Positions 55,361-64,000 of a stretch of DNA of 64,000 bases are shown one piece after another; within the stretch, counting starts at the first letter, position 1; every line of letters begins with the position of its first letter. The position numbers and the translations under genes were made by a program. Origin of the DNA: Candidatus Gallitreponema excrementavium (GTDB taxonomy: Bacteria; Spirochaetota; Spirochaetia; Treponematales; Treponemataceae). The stretch lies in the NCBI GenBank assembly GCA_017694795.1, contig JADIMM010000080.1:13217-77216 (forward strand), read 5' to 3'. Under the pieces are notes generated by a model, which was not told the origin of the DNA, ran no database searches, and was given only the letters and a program-made list of their open reading frames with translations.

Positions 55361-56535
55361 TTTAACCGCTCCAGGGCATCCCTGGAAGCGACCTTAATAG
55401 ATTCAGGATAGTCGAGATAGCTTACATACAAGAGATAGTCAAAGGCAGATTTGTCACCAAGGTCTCCCAAGGACTTGATTATTGCAAGCAGAACCTGCTC
55501 GTTATAATTTTTTGTCTGCTCCATTTCAGAGTTAAGCAGACCAAGATATATGGACAAACTTTGGGCAGCCTCAGCTGTTCCCATAACTCCAAGACATTTG
55601 ATGGAATCAACAAACATGGATATGGTTGCATTTCCACGGCGGTAGTCGTCTTGGGCAAGATAAAAATGCTTTATGGCTAAAGGTGACGCCTTGACCCACT
55701 TAACATCTGTTATTACACTCACCGCCTCGTATCTGAGTTCCAAGGCTGACTGGTCTTCATTATCCTTGTCGGCATTGAGGGCGGCCTCAAGGGCTTCTTC
55801 TGCCAGCTCTCCCCTTGTTATGTCATCAACATAGGAAGAAGAAACTGCCATCCTGAAAACCTTTAATTTATCCTGATAACTTCCCATAGAAAGCATTCTG
55901 GAAATATTTTCACGTACCAATCCTTCCAGATTTGCAAGGGAGTCAAAGCAAAGAAGAATAAGCTCATTATCAGAAAAAGTCATAACACCCTTATACAAAA
56001 CATCAAAAGAAGAAGAATCAGAAAGAATACCAAGGGCTGAAACTGCTTCCGAGACAACATTTTTGTCAAAAACCATTCCCTGGCTCTGCCTGTCAATTTG
56101 CTGTGCCAAATAGTTATTTATATTCTCCACTGCTAAATTCCGGTTATTCTCATCGACAAGGAAAGGAATTGCTTTCAAAATATTGGTTTTTATCTCTGAA
56201 GAACCATAAACTTCAAACAGCTTCCAGGAAGGCTCGAATAATTCCGGGGAGGAACCGTTAACTCCGAGAAAACCCGACACTGTCAAAGCAAGTTTTTCAA
56301 GATTTGAATCTTCACCTAAAACCGGGGCATAGGACAAAACAAAATCAAGGGCCTCTGCATACAGGGGGGACATATCCCTCTCCTGGATTTTACCCGCATC
56401 CTGGATAAGCTCTATCTTTGTTATGAGACTCGCCCTGATGAAATTCCTCCTGTAGGAAAGAACTACAGAATCCTCCTGGGCGAAAATTGAAATATACATA
56501 AATAAAATCAAAAAAGTAATTAAACCCCGTCTCAT
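55354..56535 (-). CDS. Exported alpha-helical repeat (HEAT-like) protein
   Basis: 393 aa with signal peptide FLILFMYISIFAQ. The remainder looks helical-repeat-like (AIIKSLGDLGDKSAFDYLL). Confidence 0.45.
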   Translation of the reverse strand: MRRGLITFLILFMYISIFAQEDSVVLSYRRNFIRASLITKIELIQDAGKIQERDMSPLYAEALDFVLSYAPVLGEDSNLEKLALTVSGFLGVNGSSPELFEPSWKLFEVYGSSEIKTNILKAIPFLVDENNRNLAVENINNYLAQQIDRQSQGMVFDKNVVSEAVSALGILSDSSSFDVLYKGVMTFSDNELILLCFDSLANLEGLVRENISRMLSMGSYQDKLKVFRMAVSSSYVDDITRGELAEEALEAALNADKDNEDQSALELRYEAVSVITDVKWVKASPLAIKHFYLAQDDYRRGNATISMFVDSIKCLGVMGTAEAAQSLSIYLGLLNSEMEQTKNYNEQVLLAIIKSLGDLGDKSAFDYLLYVSYLDYPESIKVASRDALERLKW

Positions 56536-56569
56536 TTTCTACTCCAAATATACATATATTATATATTAA

Positions 56570-57790
56570 TCAAAAACCTTCATTTTGCAGGTTTTTTTCG
56601 GAATTTTCCTGATTATTTTCCGGAATTATTTCCTCCGGAAGAACCACATTCCCACGGGAATCCTTAATTCCTTCTTCTTTTTCCGGGGGATTCTCCACAG
56701 GAGATTCTTCCCCCCTTCCGTTCTCTGATACTTCTACGTCTGTAATACTCTGTTCTTCCGACAAGCGGATTGCATCAAATACTTCCCGTTCCCCCTCCGG
56801 CATTACATTGTAGACATAGGAGAGAATCGTATTCCTCATCCACGGGGCAAGGTTTTTACATTCAAAATGTAGCCTGGATTGCTGTTTTTTTGGAATGGAA
56901 TCCACACCCTTTATTTCCCCTACCATAATGATGGGATTTTCACCTATATCGAATTCCAGTCTTACCCTAAGTCCTTTTGTTCCCTTTCCCCCTACAAGAA
57001 TTGCAGCCCCGTCTTCCGACAAGTCTTCCAAAAGGCAGGAAAAGCCTTCGTGGGCAGGTATCTCATCCTTTCCGTCAGTACCGGACTTTAAGATGTAAAG
57101 TACTGCCGGAATTGAACACTGAACCCGGATAGAACGGCGCTTTTGGGAACGGACAAGTTCCGGGGAATGCTTAATGCAAACCGCAGGTTTTGATTTAACA
57201 AAAGACTGCCCGGATACAACAGTATCAAAAACATACCCTGCATCATCCCTTCTCCAAAAATAAACACTGACAATAACCCCGTTCCAGTCAGGATTTGCAG
57301 CGTTTGCAGATGTGGCCACAGGAAATTCGGCAAATATTCCCTGGTAAGAATTCTGTATGACCTTTGTATTATAAACACCCATTCCCTTTACCAGGATACA
57401 CATAAGCTGCCCCTGCTCGATTTCACGGGTTGAAGTAAGCCCTCTTTTGTATTTTGGCGAATCAAACTCAATTTTTGTCCTGTAGGCATAGAGCCGGCTT
57501 AAAAAATCCTGGTTTTTTACCGAATCCTTTATCCCCTTTTCTTCAAACTTCCGGAGTATTGCTGCAATACTCTTGTCAAAGGCCGTCAACGACCAGAATA
57601 GGGCCGAAGGATTTTCAAGCTCAGCAACTTTTGAAACCGACCACAACAAATGGATTTCCCTGAAGGAAAAACCGGAGTCCTTACCGAGAACATAGAATTT
57701 AAAAACTTCCAGGACTAAATGCCCCTTTGGAGACATTAAAAAAGCTGTTAAGCCGACTATCAAAAAAACAGGTATTACCAAATACAACAT
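56570..57790 (-). CDS. PilZ-domain (c-di-GMP receptor) protein with an N-terminal TM segment
   Basis: 406 aa. RRSIR (RxxxR, residues 218-222) and DLSEDG (DxSxxG, residues 256-261). The C-terminal tail is acidic. Confidence 0.75.
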   Translation of the reverse strand: MLYLVIPVFLIVGLTAFLMSPKGHLVLEVFKFYVLGKDSGFSFREIHLLWSVSKVAELENPSALFWSLTAFDKSIAAILRKFEEKGIKDSVKNQDFLSRLYAYRTKIEFDSPKYKRGLTSTREIEQGQLMCILVKGMGVYNTKVIQNSYQGIFAEFPVATSANAANPDWNGVIVSVYFWRRDDAGYVFDTVVSGQSFVKSKPAVCIKHSPELVRSQKRRSIRVQCSIPAVLYILKSGTDGKDEIPAHEGFSCLLEDLSEDGAAILVGGKGTKGLRVRLEFDIGENPIIMVGEIKGVDSIPKKQQSRLHFECKNLAPWMRNTILSYVYNVMPEGEREVFDAIRLSEEQSITDVEVSENGRGEESPVENPPEKEEGIKDSRGNVVLPEEIIPENNQENSEKNLQNEGF

Positions 57791-57811
57791 GATAGTATAT
57801 AGTATAATGCG

Positions 57812-58609
57812 ATGAGAAAATTTGCAAACCGGAAGAAGATTTTTTTTGAATTTTGTATAATTTTCGGATGTTTTATCCTGCCGAATTTCTTTTTTATTAA
57901 AAGATTCGAGATGTTTCCTAAAATTACAGTAAATATCTACACCCTGGCAAACCCTGTAAACCTTGTTTATAATCTGGCAAGGCTGATTCTTCCCCTGGTA
58001 TTTTTTACTGACTACGGGAAAAAAACGGACGCAGGCAAAACATTACAGATGCAAGATGAAAATCCACACAATGTAATATCCCGTAAATTTCCGGGAAAAA
58101 CTTTTTATAAGAACTGCATATTTACGTTTTCCTGTCTTGCCATACTGCTATTGTCAGGTCTTGTTTTTGAATACGTAGGAAGCTTTTTTGGAGGGGAAAC
58201 AGAAATAGAACCTGGAAAAATCCCTGTAACTACCCTGTTTGCTTTTTTCGTTCCTGTAATTTTTTACGCAGCCTCCGAAGAAGTACTTTACAGGCTTTAT
58301 CTTCCGGAATCACTGAACAAGTTTTTCTCCCGGATAAAACGGATTAAAAGAGAAGAATCTTTTATTGGAGAAAAAATATCCCGGAAAGCCCCCCAGGAAG
58401 CGGAATGGAATCTTCCGGGAGAAATTCTTTCTGTTCTTATCTTTGCTCTTGCCCACTATCAGGGGGGAATTCTGCCTGTTCTAAATGCCCTGGTTTGCGG
58501 TACAATCCTCAGGATTTGCCTTAAAATGTCAAAAAGCCTTTTCCCCTGTATTTTAAGCCACGGGCTGTACAACTTTATACTTTATTTTTCTTTGTACAGC
58601 CAGCCCTGA
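57812..58609 (+). CDS. CPBP-family intramembrane glutamic endopeptidase
   Basis: 265 aa. SEEVLYRLYL (EExxxR), FALAHY and SHGLYNF motifs. Confidence 0.75.
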   Translation: MRKFANRKKIFFEFCIIFGCFILPNFFFIKRFEMFPKITVNIYTLANPVNLVYNLARLILPLVFFTDYGKKTDAGKTLQMQDENPHNVISRKFPGKTFYKNCIFTFSCLAILLLSGLVFEYVGSFFGGETEIEPGKIPVTTLFAFFVPVIFYAASEEVLYRLYLPESLNKFFSRIKRIKREESFIGEKISRKAPQEAEWNLPGEILSVLIFALAHYQGGILPVLNALVCGTILRICLKMSKSLFPCILSHGLYNFILYFSLYSQP

Positions 58610-58632
58610 ATCCCGGTCAAATAAGTACCGGC

Positions 58633-59967
58633 TTAAGTCAAACCAGCTACTGCTGCTCCAAGGGTAATGGCGTTGTCCATTGAAACAATATTCCAGTAAA
58701 GCCCTTTTTCCATAGTCAGATATGTGTGGAGGTAGGCTTCCACCCTTTTCTGAAGGTTATGGGTCTTGAGGAAAGTTGTCCCCTCGCAAAGAATACAAAC
58801 AGGGCGGGAGGGACTGTGTCCTTCCCCGGATTTAATAACAGCAGCAGAAAGATTTGCAGCGGCAAGCCTTGCAGAGCGGTCTACAAAGGCATCCAGAATC
58901 CTGTACATAGTATCCATGTCAGAATCAGTTCCTGAATTGGCAATTCTTCCCAAAAGGGTTCCGGAATCTTTCGGTCCATGTAGGAATTTATCCATATCGA
59001 TAAGTCCGAAATCTTCCAATGCCAATATTTCCTGTGCGGTTTTTTCTGAAAACAGACCTTCCTTTGCGGCGGTTTTAAGGGCAAGGGAACTTACAGGTCC
59101 GAGATAAGCACCGGAACACATTTTTTCAAAAACATAAAGTCCGGGGGTATTTGTTTTGCTGTCTATTTCCACATCAAAACTGCACCTTGGTAATTTATTG
59201 AATTTGCCGGATTCACAAACAACAATCTGGGGACTGTCATTTTCCACAGATACCTTGGGTATTGTCCTTTCCATGTAGGCAGCGTTCATTCCGGTTCCAA
59301 GGATAAATCCGATGTAAGAAGAATAATCCCTTCCATCCACAGCTGTAGAAGCCCCTGCAAGAAGAGCGGCTGCCGTATCATTTAAGAGAATAATTTTTTC
59401 AGGCCTGTTCCAGCCCCGTTTAACCAAAGCATCAGAAAGACTCTTTCCAACCAAAGAACCAATAACTTCTTTTGCCTTAATCTCTTTTGAAAAAGAAATT
59501 ACCTGTCCATCCCCGTCCTTGGTAATTTTCATGGCATAGGAAAAACAGAACCCTATACGGCTGCTCATATTTTTCAAATGGTCAAGGTTTTCTGCAATGG
59601 CATCAAAGAATTCTTCCTTGGAAAGCTCTTTTTTAATCCCAGGCATACCGCATTTTTCAAGATTTGTAATTTCAGGATTACCCTTTGAATCAAATTTTAC
59701 GAGGCATGAACGGAAATTTGTCCCCCCCGCATCTATGACAATCACCGGCTCATTCTGTGGTACAGAATCAGGAAGTTTTGTCCAAGTGGGTATCATTTCC
59801 AGACTTGGCTCCATTCCTGCCTTTTCCAAGGGAAGGCCGGAAGGATCTTTTTCCAAACCTGACTCCATATCAGCCAGCATTGCCCGGGTAAGCACATCAA
59901 TTGAACCGCCCGCAGCTGTAACACCATGTTTTGCAAGAAATGCGGAAACTTTACAAGACTGATTCAT
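58633..59967 (-). CDS. Hexokinase-family sugar kinase
   Basis: 444 aa. VIVIDAGGTNFRSCLV (LDLGGTNFR-type phosphate-1 motif), GFILGTGMNAAY and CEGTTF. Confidence 0.8.
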   Translation of the reverse strand: MNQSCKVSAFLAKHGVTAAGGSIDVLTRAMLADMESGLEKDPSGLPLEKAGMEPSLEMIPTWTKLPDSVPQNEPVIVIDAGGTNFRSCLVKFDSKGNPEITNLEKCGMPGIKKELSKEEFFDAIAENLDHLKNMSSRIGFCFSYAMKITKDGDGQVISFSKEIKAKEVIGSLVGKSLSDALVKRGWNRPEKIILLNDTAAALLAGASTAVDGRDYSSYIGFILGTGMNAAYMERTIPKVSVENDSPQIVVCESGKFNKLPRCSFDVEIDSKTNTPGLYVFEKMCSGAYLGPVSSLALKTAAKEGLFSEKTAQEILALEDFGLIDMDKFLHGPKDSGTLLGRIANSGTDSDMDTMYRILDAFVDRSARLAAANLSAAVIKSGEGHSPSRPVCILCEGTTFLKTHNLQKRVEAYLHTYLTMEKGLYWNIVSMDNAITLGAAVAGLT

Positions 59968-60176
59968 TTTAAACCTCTCAAGAATTATTTATTCACCGCT
60001 TGTTTTACGGTTTAATCCAATATTTCTAATATGATAACACAGGATTTTTTTTCTGAAAATAAAAACTTTGAATACGGCTTTCTATTTTTAACACAAACCA
60101 GAACCAGAGACTTTTTATTCTCCCATAAAAGGTAATAGAATTATGTTTTTAAGTCTTCCGCAGACGGAATTTTAAA

Positions 60177-60812
60177 TCAATTTTTTAAAACCGGAACAAC
60201 CTTCCCGCCTGAAAAATCTTTTATTAAACCGGCAGCTGCTGCTCCGGCAGTAAAAGGAATCCGGTATTCCATGGTAATATCCTGGGAAAATTCCTCATTT
60301 TTGATTACAGCCCCGTTTTCAGTTAGGATTTTTTTTATACCCTCGTAAAAACAGTAGGGACAGGAAAGAGAATATTCGGCCCATCTAATCAAGGGAACAG
60401 GCTTTACCGCCGATAAAACTGCCTTAGCCGTATCCCCGTAAGCCTTTACCAGCCCCCCGGTTCCAAGCAATACACCGCCAAAATACCTGGTTACGGTCAG
60501 AAAAATATTCGTATAACCGGAACCTTTCAAAATATCCAGTACCGGCTTACCTGCCGTTCCAGAAGGCTCCCCGTCATCAGAACACCCCATGTAAGACCCG
60601 GAATCCCCGGCAATAAAACCGTGAACCACATGGGTTGCATCAAAATATTTTTCCTTCTGTCTTTTTAAAAAGTCCCGGGCTGTTTTCTGGATACTTTTGG
60701 GATCAGGAAAATCCAGGACAAAAACCTCCCCTATGAAACGGGATTTTTTTATTACCAACTCTGCAACATGATAGGAATCCGGTATATTCATAAAAAAATT
60801 ATAACAAATCAT
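60177..60812 (-). CDS. yigZ: YigZ/IMPACT-family protein
   Basis: 211 aa. KKSRFIGEVF, DDGEPSGTAGKPVL and VTRYFGGVLLGTGGLVKAY. Confidence 0.8.
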   Translation of the reverse strand: MICYNFFMNIPDSYHVAELVIKKSRFIGEVFVLDFPDPKSIQKTARDFLKRQKEKYFDATHVVHGFIAGDSGSYMGCSDDGEPSGTAGKPVLDILKGSGYTNIFLTVTRYFGGVLLGTGGLVKAYGDTAKAVLSAVKPVPLIRWAEYSLSCPYCFYEGIKKILTENGAVIKNEEFSQDITMEYRIPFTAGAAAAGLIKDFSGGKVVPVLKN

Positions 60813-60873
60813 TATTTTTTTTGCGACCTAATATTTACCTCGGTATAAATGCTTTATTGAGTTTTTTTCCGCT

Positions 60874-61818
60874 TTGGAATATTCTTTCCTCATGTGGAAA
60901 GACTTATTACCGGAAAAAACCTCTTACCTTTGTTCAGGCTGCAAAACCTGTGACGGAACAGTTTGTATAAACCAGCTTCCCGGCTGGGGGGGAATAAACA
61001 GCAACAGAAACTTTATTTTAAATTATTCCTCTTGGGAAGAAATACAGATTCCGGAACAGGATATTGTAAATGCAGGGCTTCCGGAAATTGCCCTGGCTCC
61101 CATGACGGGAATGGTCCAGAACGCCGGACTTAAAGATGAAAAGCAGGGATATTTTACACTGGTAGAAAGTGCCGCAAATGCCGGGATTAAACTTTCCATC
61201 GGGGACGGGGAACCTGACTATAAACTGGAATACGGGATAGAGGCTCTTAAGACCCTGGGTAAAAAAGCTGCCGTTTTTATAAAACCCTATGAAAACCATG
61301 AATTAAAAAAGAGAATCGGAAAATCCCTTTCCATAGCGGAGTGCATAGGTATAGACATCGACGCATGGGAAATAAAGACAATGAAAAACTCATCCTCCAT
61401 GCCTGCGGCAATGGAAAAAAAGAACCTTTCCAAACTAAAAGAGATAAAGTCCTTTCTGCCACCGGAAATTCCCTTTGTTATTAAAGGGGTTGCCGACCAG
61501 GAGACTTTAAATATGATTCTTGAGCTTAAACCTTTTGCGGCCGTGGTCTCCAACCATGGGGGAAGGGTTTCCGCCCCGGAAAAAGGGACGGCATATATTC
61601 TTTCAGATTTTGCAGGAAAACTACTGGAAGCAGGTATACAGGTATGGGTAGACGGCGGACTGAGGACAAAAGAACACCTTCTAAAGGCCTCCGCCTTAGG
61701 TGCTTCCAGGGTGCTTATCGGGAGGCCCTTTCTCCAAGGGGCAATCTGCCTTGGAAAAGAAGGAATAAAAACCGTTCTTAACCAGGACTTTGGTTTTTCC
61801 ATCCCGGAAACAAATTAA
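60874..61818 (+). CDS. FMN-dependent alpha-hydroxy-acid dehydrogenase-like TIM-barrel protein
   Basis: The track start is a TTG; ATG 60892 (MWKDLL) is plausible. VVSNHGGR, VWVDGGLRT and VLIGRPFL are hallmarks of the family. The N-terminus is Cys-rich (CSGCKTCDGTVC). Confidence 0.65.
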   Translation: MEYSFLMWKDLLPEKTSYLCSGCKTCDGTVCINQLPGWGGINSNRNFILNYSSWEEIQIPEQDIVNAGLPEIALAPMTGMVQNAGLKDEKQGYFTLVESAANAGIKLSIGDGEPDYKLEYGIEALKTLGKKAAVFIKPYENHELKKRIGKSLSIAECIGIDIDAWEIKTMKNSSSMPAAMEKKNLSKLKEIKSFLPPEIPFVIKGVADQETLNMILELKPFAAVVSNHGGRVSAPEKGTAYILSDFAGKLLEAGIQVWVDGGLRTKEHLLKASALGASRVLIGRPFLQGAICLGKEGIKTVLNQDFGFSIPETN

Positions 61819-61900
61819 CCCCCCGGAACACTTTTCCTAAGGAAACACCAGGACACTGCCCTGGGAAAAAAACCGGATATTACAAGCCCGGTGCACAGCC

Positions 61901-64000
61901 TTATTTTTTACCCGGCTCCGGAGATTTTTTGGAGCCTGTACTTTTTTTAGCCTTGGATCCGGTATTCTTATCCCCGGAAGCCACTTTTCCAGCCGGAATT
62001 TTCTCCCCGGACAGAGGTTTTACCCCTGTTTTTGCCGGCAGTTCCTTCTTATCAGAAATTTGGGAAGTTTGCTTTTTTACCAAGGTTTTCACGGCCGGTT
62101 TTTCACCAGCCCCGGATTTTCCGGCAGGGCTGGTTGAGGGGGCAGCTTTTTCCCCGGAAACTGATTTTGAGGCTGTTCCGGCGGTTTTTACGGCAGAACT
62201 GCCTTTCACAGTTCCGGCTTTGGCAGAACCTTCTTTTGCGGTTTTTCCAACGGCCGGGGACATTTCTGCAGACAAAGCCACCCGCCCGGAAAGTTTTATA
62301 CCCAGGGTTTTAAGCCCCTTTTCTTCGTAATCCTGGATTTTAAAGTTTTCTTCCTGAATTTTGGTTCTTGCCTTTGGCTCGTAATGCAGGGTGATTAAAC
62401 CTTTTTCTTTGGTTGTTATTAAAAGCACCTCGCCGCCTTCGGGCACAATCTGATAATCCCGGTTCATAATAAACTGCTCAATCCTGCAGCGTTTGATATA
62501 GGGGAATCCGGTTTTTCCGTCCTTAAACACTATGGTAAACAGAACCTTTGAAAGGGTTTCCTTGTCGGAAAAATTGCAGTAACCAAGTTTTTTATCCACA
62601 AACAGCTTGTCAGGAACATCCAGAACCGTATATACCCCGGAACCACGCATTACAAGAATCCTGTCATAGGGGGAAACGGAAAGAATTTCTTTTCCGGTGG
62701 AAACAGAGGTTCCCAAATATCCGGTATTTTCATCATAACGGAGTGGAACATCCCGTTTTACCGCATCCTTTACATCAATTTTTCCGAATTTTGCAATCCT
62801 GGTGTGGCGTATTTTTTGCTCCGGTTCCAGTTTCTCCAAAATCCCGTCCAGATAAGCCAGGGCGTATTCCTTTAGATGCTTTAGATGGTGCCTTACTTCC
62901 TTCATTCTGGCGTTTATTTCGGAAACTTCCTGGCGGTTTTTGTTTATGTCGTATAGAGAAATCCTGCGTATAGGGATTTTTAAAAGGTGGTCCACATCCT
63001 CGGTGGTAATTTCACGGATTATTTCGCTCTTGAAAGGCTCAAACCCCGAAATTACCGCCTTTATAACCCCCTCTGCGGTTTTCATTGTTTCTATTTTTTT
63101 ATAAATACGCTCTTCTATAAAGATTCTTTCCAAAGTCCTTAAATGAAGTCTCTCAAAAAGGCGTTTAAGCTCCAGTTCAAGCTCATCCTTAAAAATTCCC
63201 ACAAGCTGCTTTGCCTGGTGGGCAATGACTTCGGAAACAGTCATCACCACAGGAAGGTTGTCCTTGATAACAAGAAGGTTGCAGGAAATGGACTGCTCGC
63301 ATTCTGTAAAGGCATAAAGGGAATCCACCACATCCTGGGCATATACCCCCCGCTGGAGCTTAATTTCTATTTCCGCCTTTGAGGTGGTAAAGTCATTTAT
63401 CTCTGCACTTTTAATCCGTCCCTGTTTAACGGCATTTTCCACTGACTGAATAATGCTCTCTGTTGTGCATCCGAAAGGGATTTCCCTTATAACTATTTTT
63501 TTGGGATCGGAAATATCCAGTTTTGCCCTTACAAGCACCTTTCCGTTACCGTCGTTGTATTCTGAAACATCGATTTCCCCGCCGGTAGGAAAATCAGGAT
63601 AGAGTTTTATTTTTTCACCGTTGAGATAAGCCTTTTCGGCTTCGATAACTTCCCGGATATTGTGGGGAAGGATTTTTGTGGACATACCGACGGCAATTCC
63701 TTCTGCCCCGATTATCAGCACCACCGGAAGCTTTGAACGGAAAACCACAGGCTCCTTGTTTCTTCCGTCGTAGGAAGGCACATATTCCGTAATATCCGGA
63801 TTGTAAAAAACATCCTTTGCAAAGGGGGCAATACGGCACTCAATATACCTGGAAGCCGCAGCCCCGTCCCCGGTCAACAGGTTTCCGTAATTTCCCTGCT
63901 TGTCGATAAAACTGCTTTTATTCGCAAGAACTACCAAGGCACCGCCTACAGAAGCATCTCCGTGGGGATGGTATTTCATGCACTGACCAACAACATTGTT
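61901..64000 (-). CDS. DNA topoisomerase IV/gyrase subunit A family protein; the N-terminus lies beyond the window end
   Basis: The reading frame continues upstream of M 63979 (..NNVVGQCMKYHPHGD, the conserved GyrA/ParC motif). YPDFPTGGEI is present. It has a 125-aa Lys/Ala/Gly/Ser-rich C-terminal tail. Confidence 0.85.
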   Translation of the reverse strand, partial: NNVVGQCMKYHPHGDASVGGALVVLANKSSFIDKQGNYGNLLTGDGAAASRYIECRIAPFAKDVFYNPDITEYVPSYDGRNKEPVVFRSKLPVVLIIGAEGIAVGMSTKILPHNIREVIEAEKAYLNGEKIKLYPDFPTGGEIDVSEYNDGNGKVLVRAKLDISDPKKIVIREIPFGCTTESIIQSVENAVKQGRIKSAEINDFTTSKAEIEIKLQRGVYAQDVVDSLYAFTECEQSISCNLLVIKDNLPVVMTVSEVIAHQAKQLVGIFKDELELELKRLFERLHLRTLERIFIEERIYKKIETMKTAEGVIKAVISGFEPFKSEIIREITTEDVDHLLKIPIRRISLYDINKNRQEVSEINARMKEVRHHLKHLKEYALAYLDGILEKLEPEQKIRHTRIAKFGKIDVKDAVKRDVPLRYDENTGYLGTSVSTGKEILSVSPYDRILVMRGSGVYTVLDVPDKLFVDKKLGYCNFSDKETLSKVLFTIVFKDGKTGFPYIKRCRIEQFIMNRDYQIVPEGGEVLLITTKEKGLITLHYEPKARTKIQEENFKIQDYEEKGLKTLGIKLSGRVALSAEMSPAVGKTAKEGSAKAGTVKGSSAVKTAGTASKSVSGEKAAPSTSPAGKSGAGEKPAVKTLVKKQTSQISDKKELPAKTGVKPLSGEKIPAGKVASGDKNTGSKAKKSTGSKKSPEPGKK

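Noticed and set aside
1-64000. Looked for mobile-element or defence hallmarks: transposase, integrase, RT, restriction-modification, toxin-antitoxin pairs, cas, and nucleotide-signalling defence.
   Set aside because: None of the ORF translations show the corresponding motifs. The only nucleotide cyclase is a CHASE2 sensor type with ordinary signalling architecture.

Overview
This 64-kb window looks like a spirochaete chromosome segment, probably Treponema-like. That assignment is an inference from gene content: hexokinase, PilZ, a FlgD-Ig/OmpA giant protein, many lipoboxes and a double-glycine leader. Most of it (about 13-64 kb) is densely packed housekeeping. This includes lepA, nifU-nifS-mnmA, miaA, rlmI-like, a PF04392-type ABC importer, hisC, ssb, tRNA-Asp, tRNA-Pro, two pseudouridine synthases, yggS, rsmA, comEC, hexokinase and a truncated ParC/GyrA-like gene. 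The first ~12 kb looks accessory and cell-envelope related. It holds a partial gene at the left edge for an M23 peptidoglycan hydrolase with a textbook double-glycine bacteriocin-type leader. It also holds a GT4 glycosyltransferase interrupted by one in-frame TAG, two flavodoxin-fold proteins, and a tight five-gene operon. That operon encodes a secreted protein, two giant FN3-repeat lipoproteins (about 1300 and 710 aa), a small lipoprotein and a small beta-barrel. Other items worth follow-up:
- A pair of 140-bp direct repeats starting inside the 3' end of tRNA-Pro, rich in GNRA-tetraloop hairpins, with one hairpin loop flipped between the copies.
- Twin GTTAGT-N4-ACTAAC palindromes on the DUF3793-flavodoxin promoter.
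- A 22-bp perfect palindrome on the ABC operon promoter.
- A 27-nt promoter-like motif shared by two distant loci.
- A 1391-aa protein with a putative beta-barrel, eight FlgD-Ig modules and an OmpA domain.
I saw no CRISPR array, transposase, integrase, reverse transcriptase or recognisable defence gene. All calls come from reading the sequence and the ORF track by eye, with no database searches.
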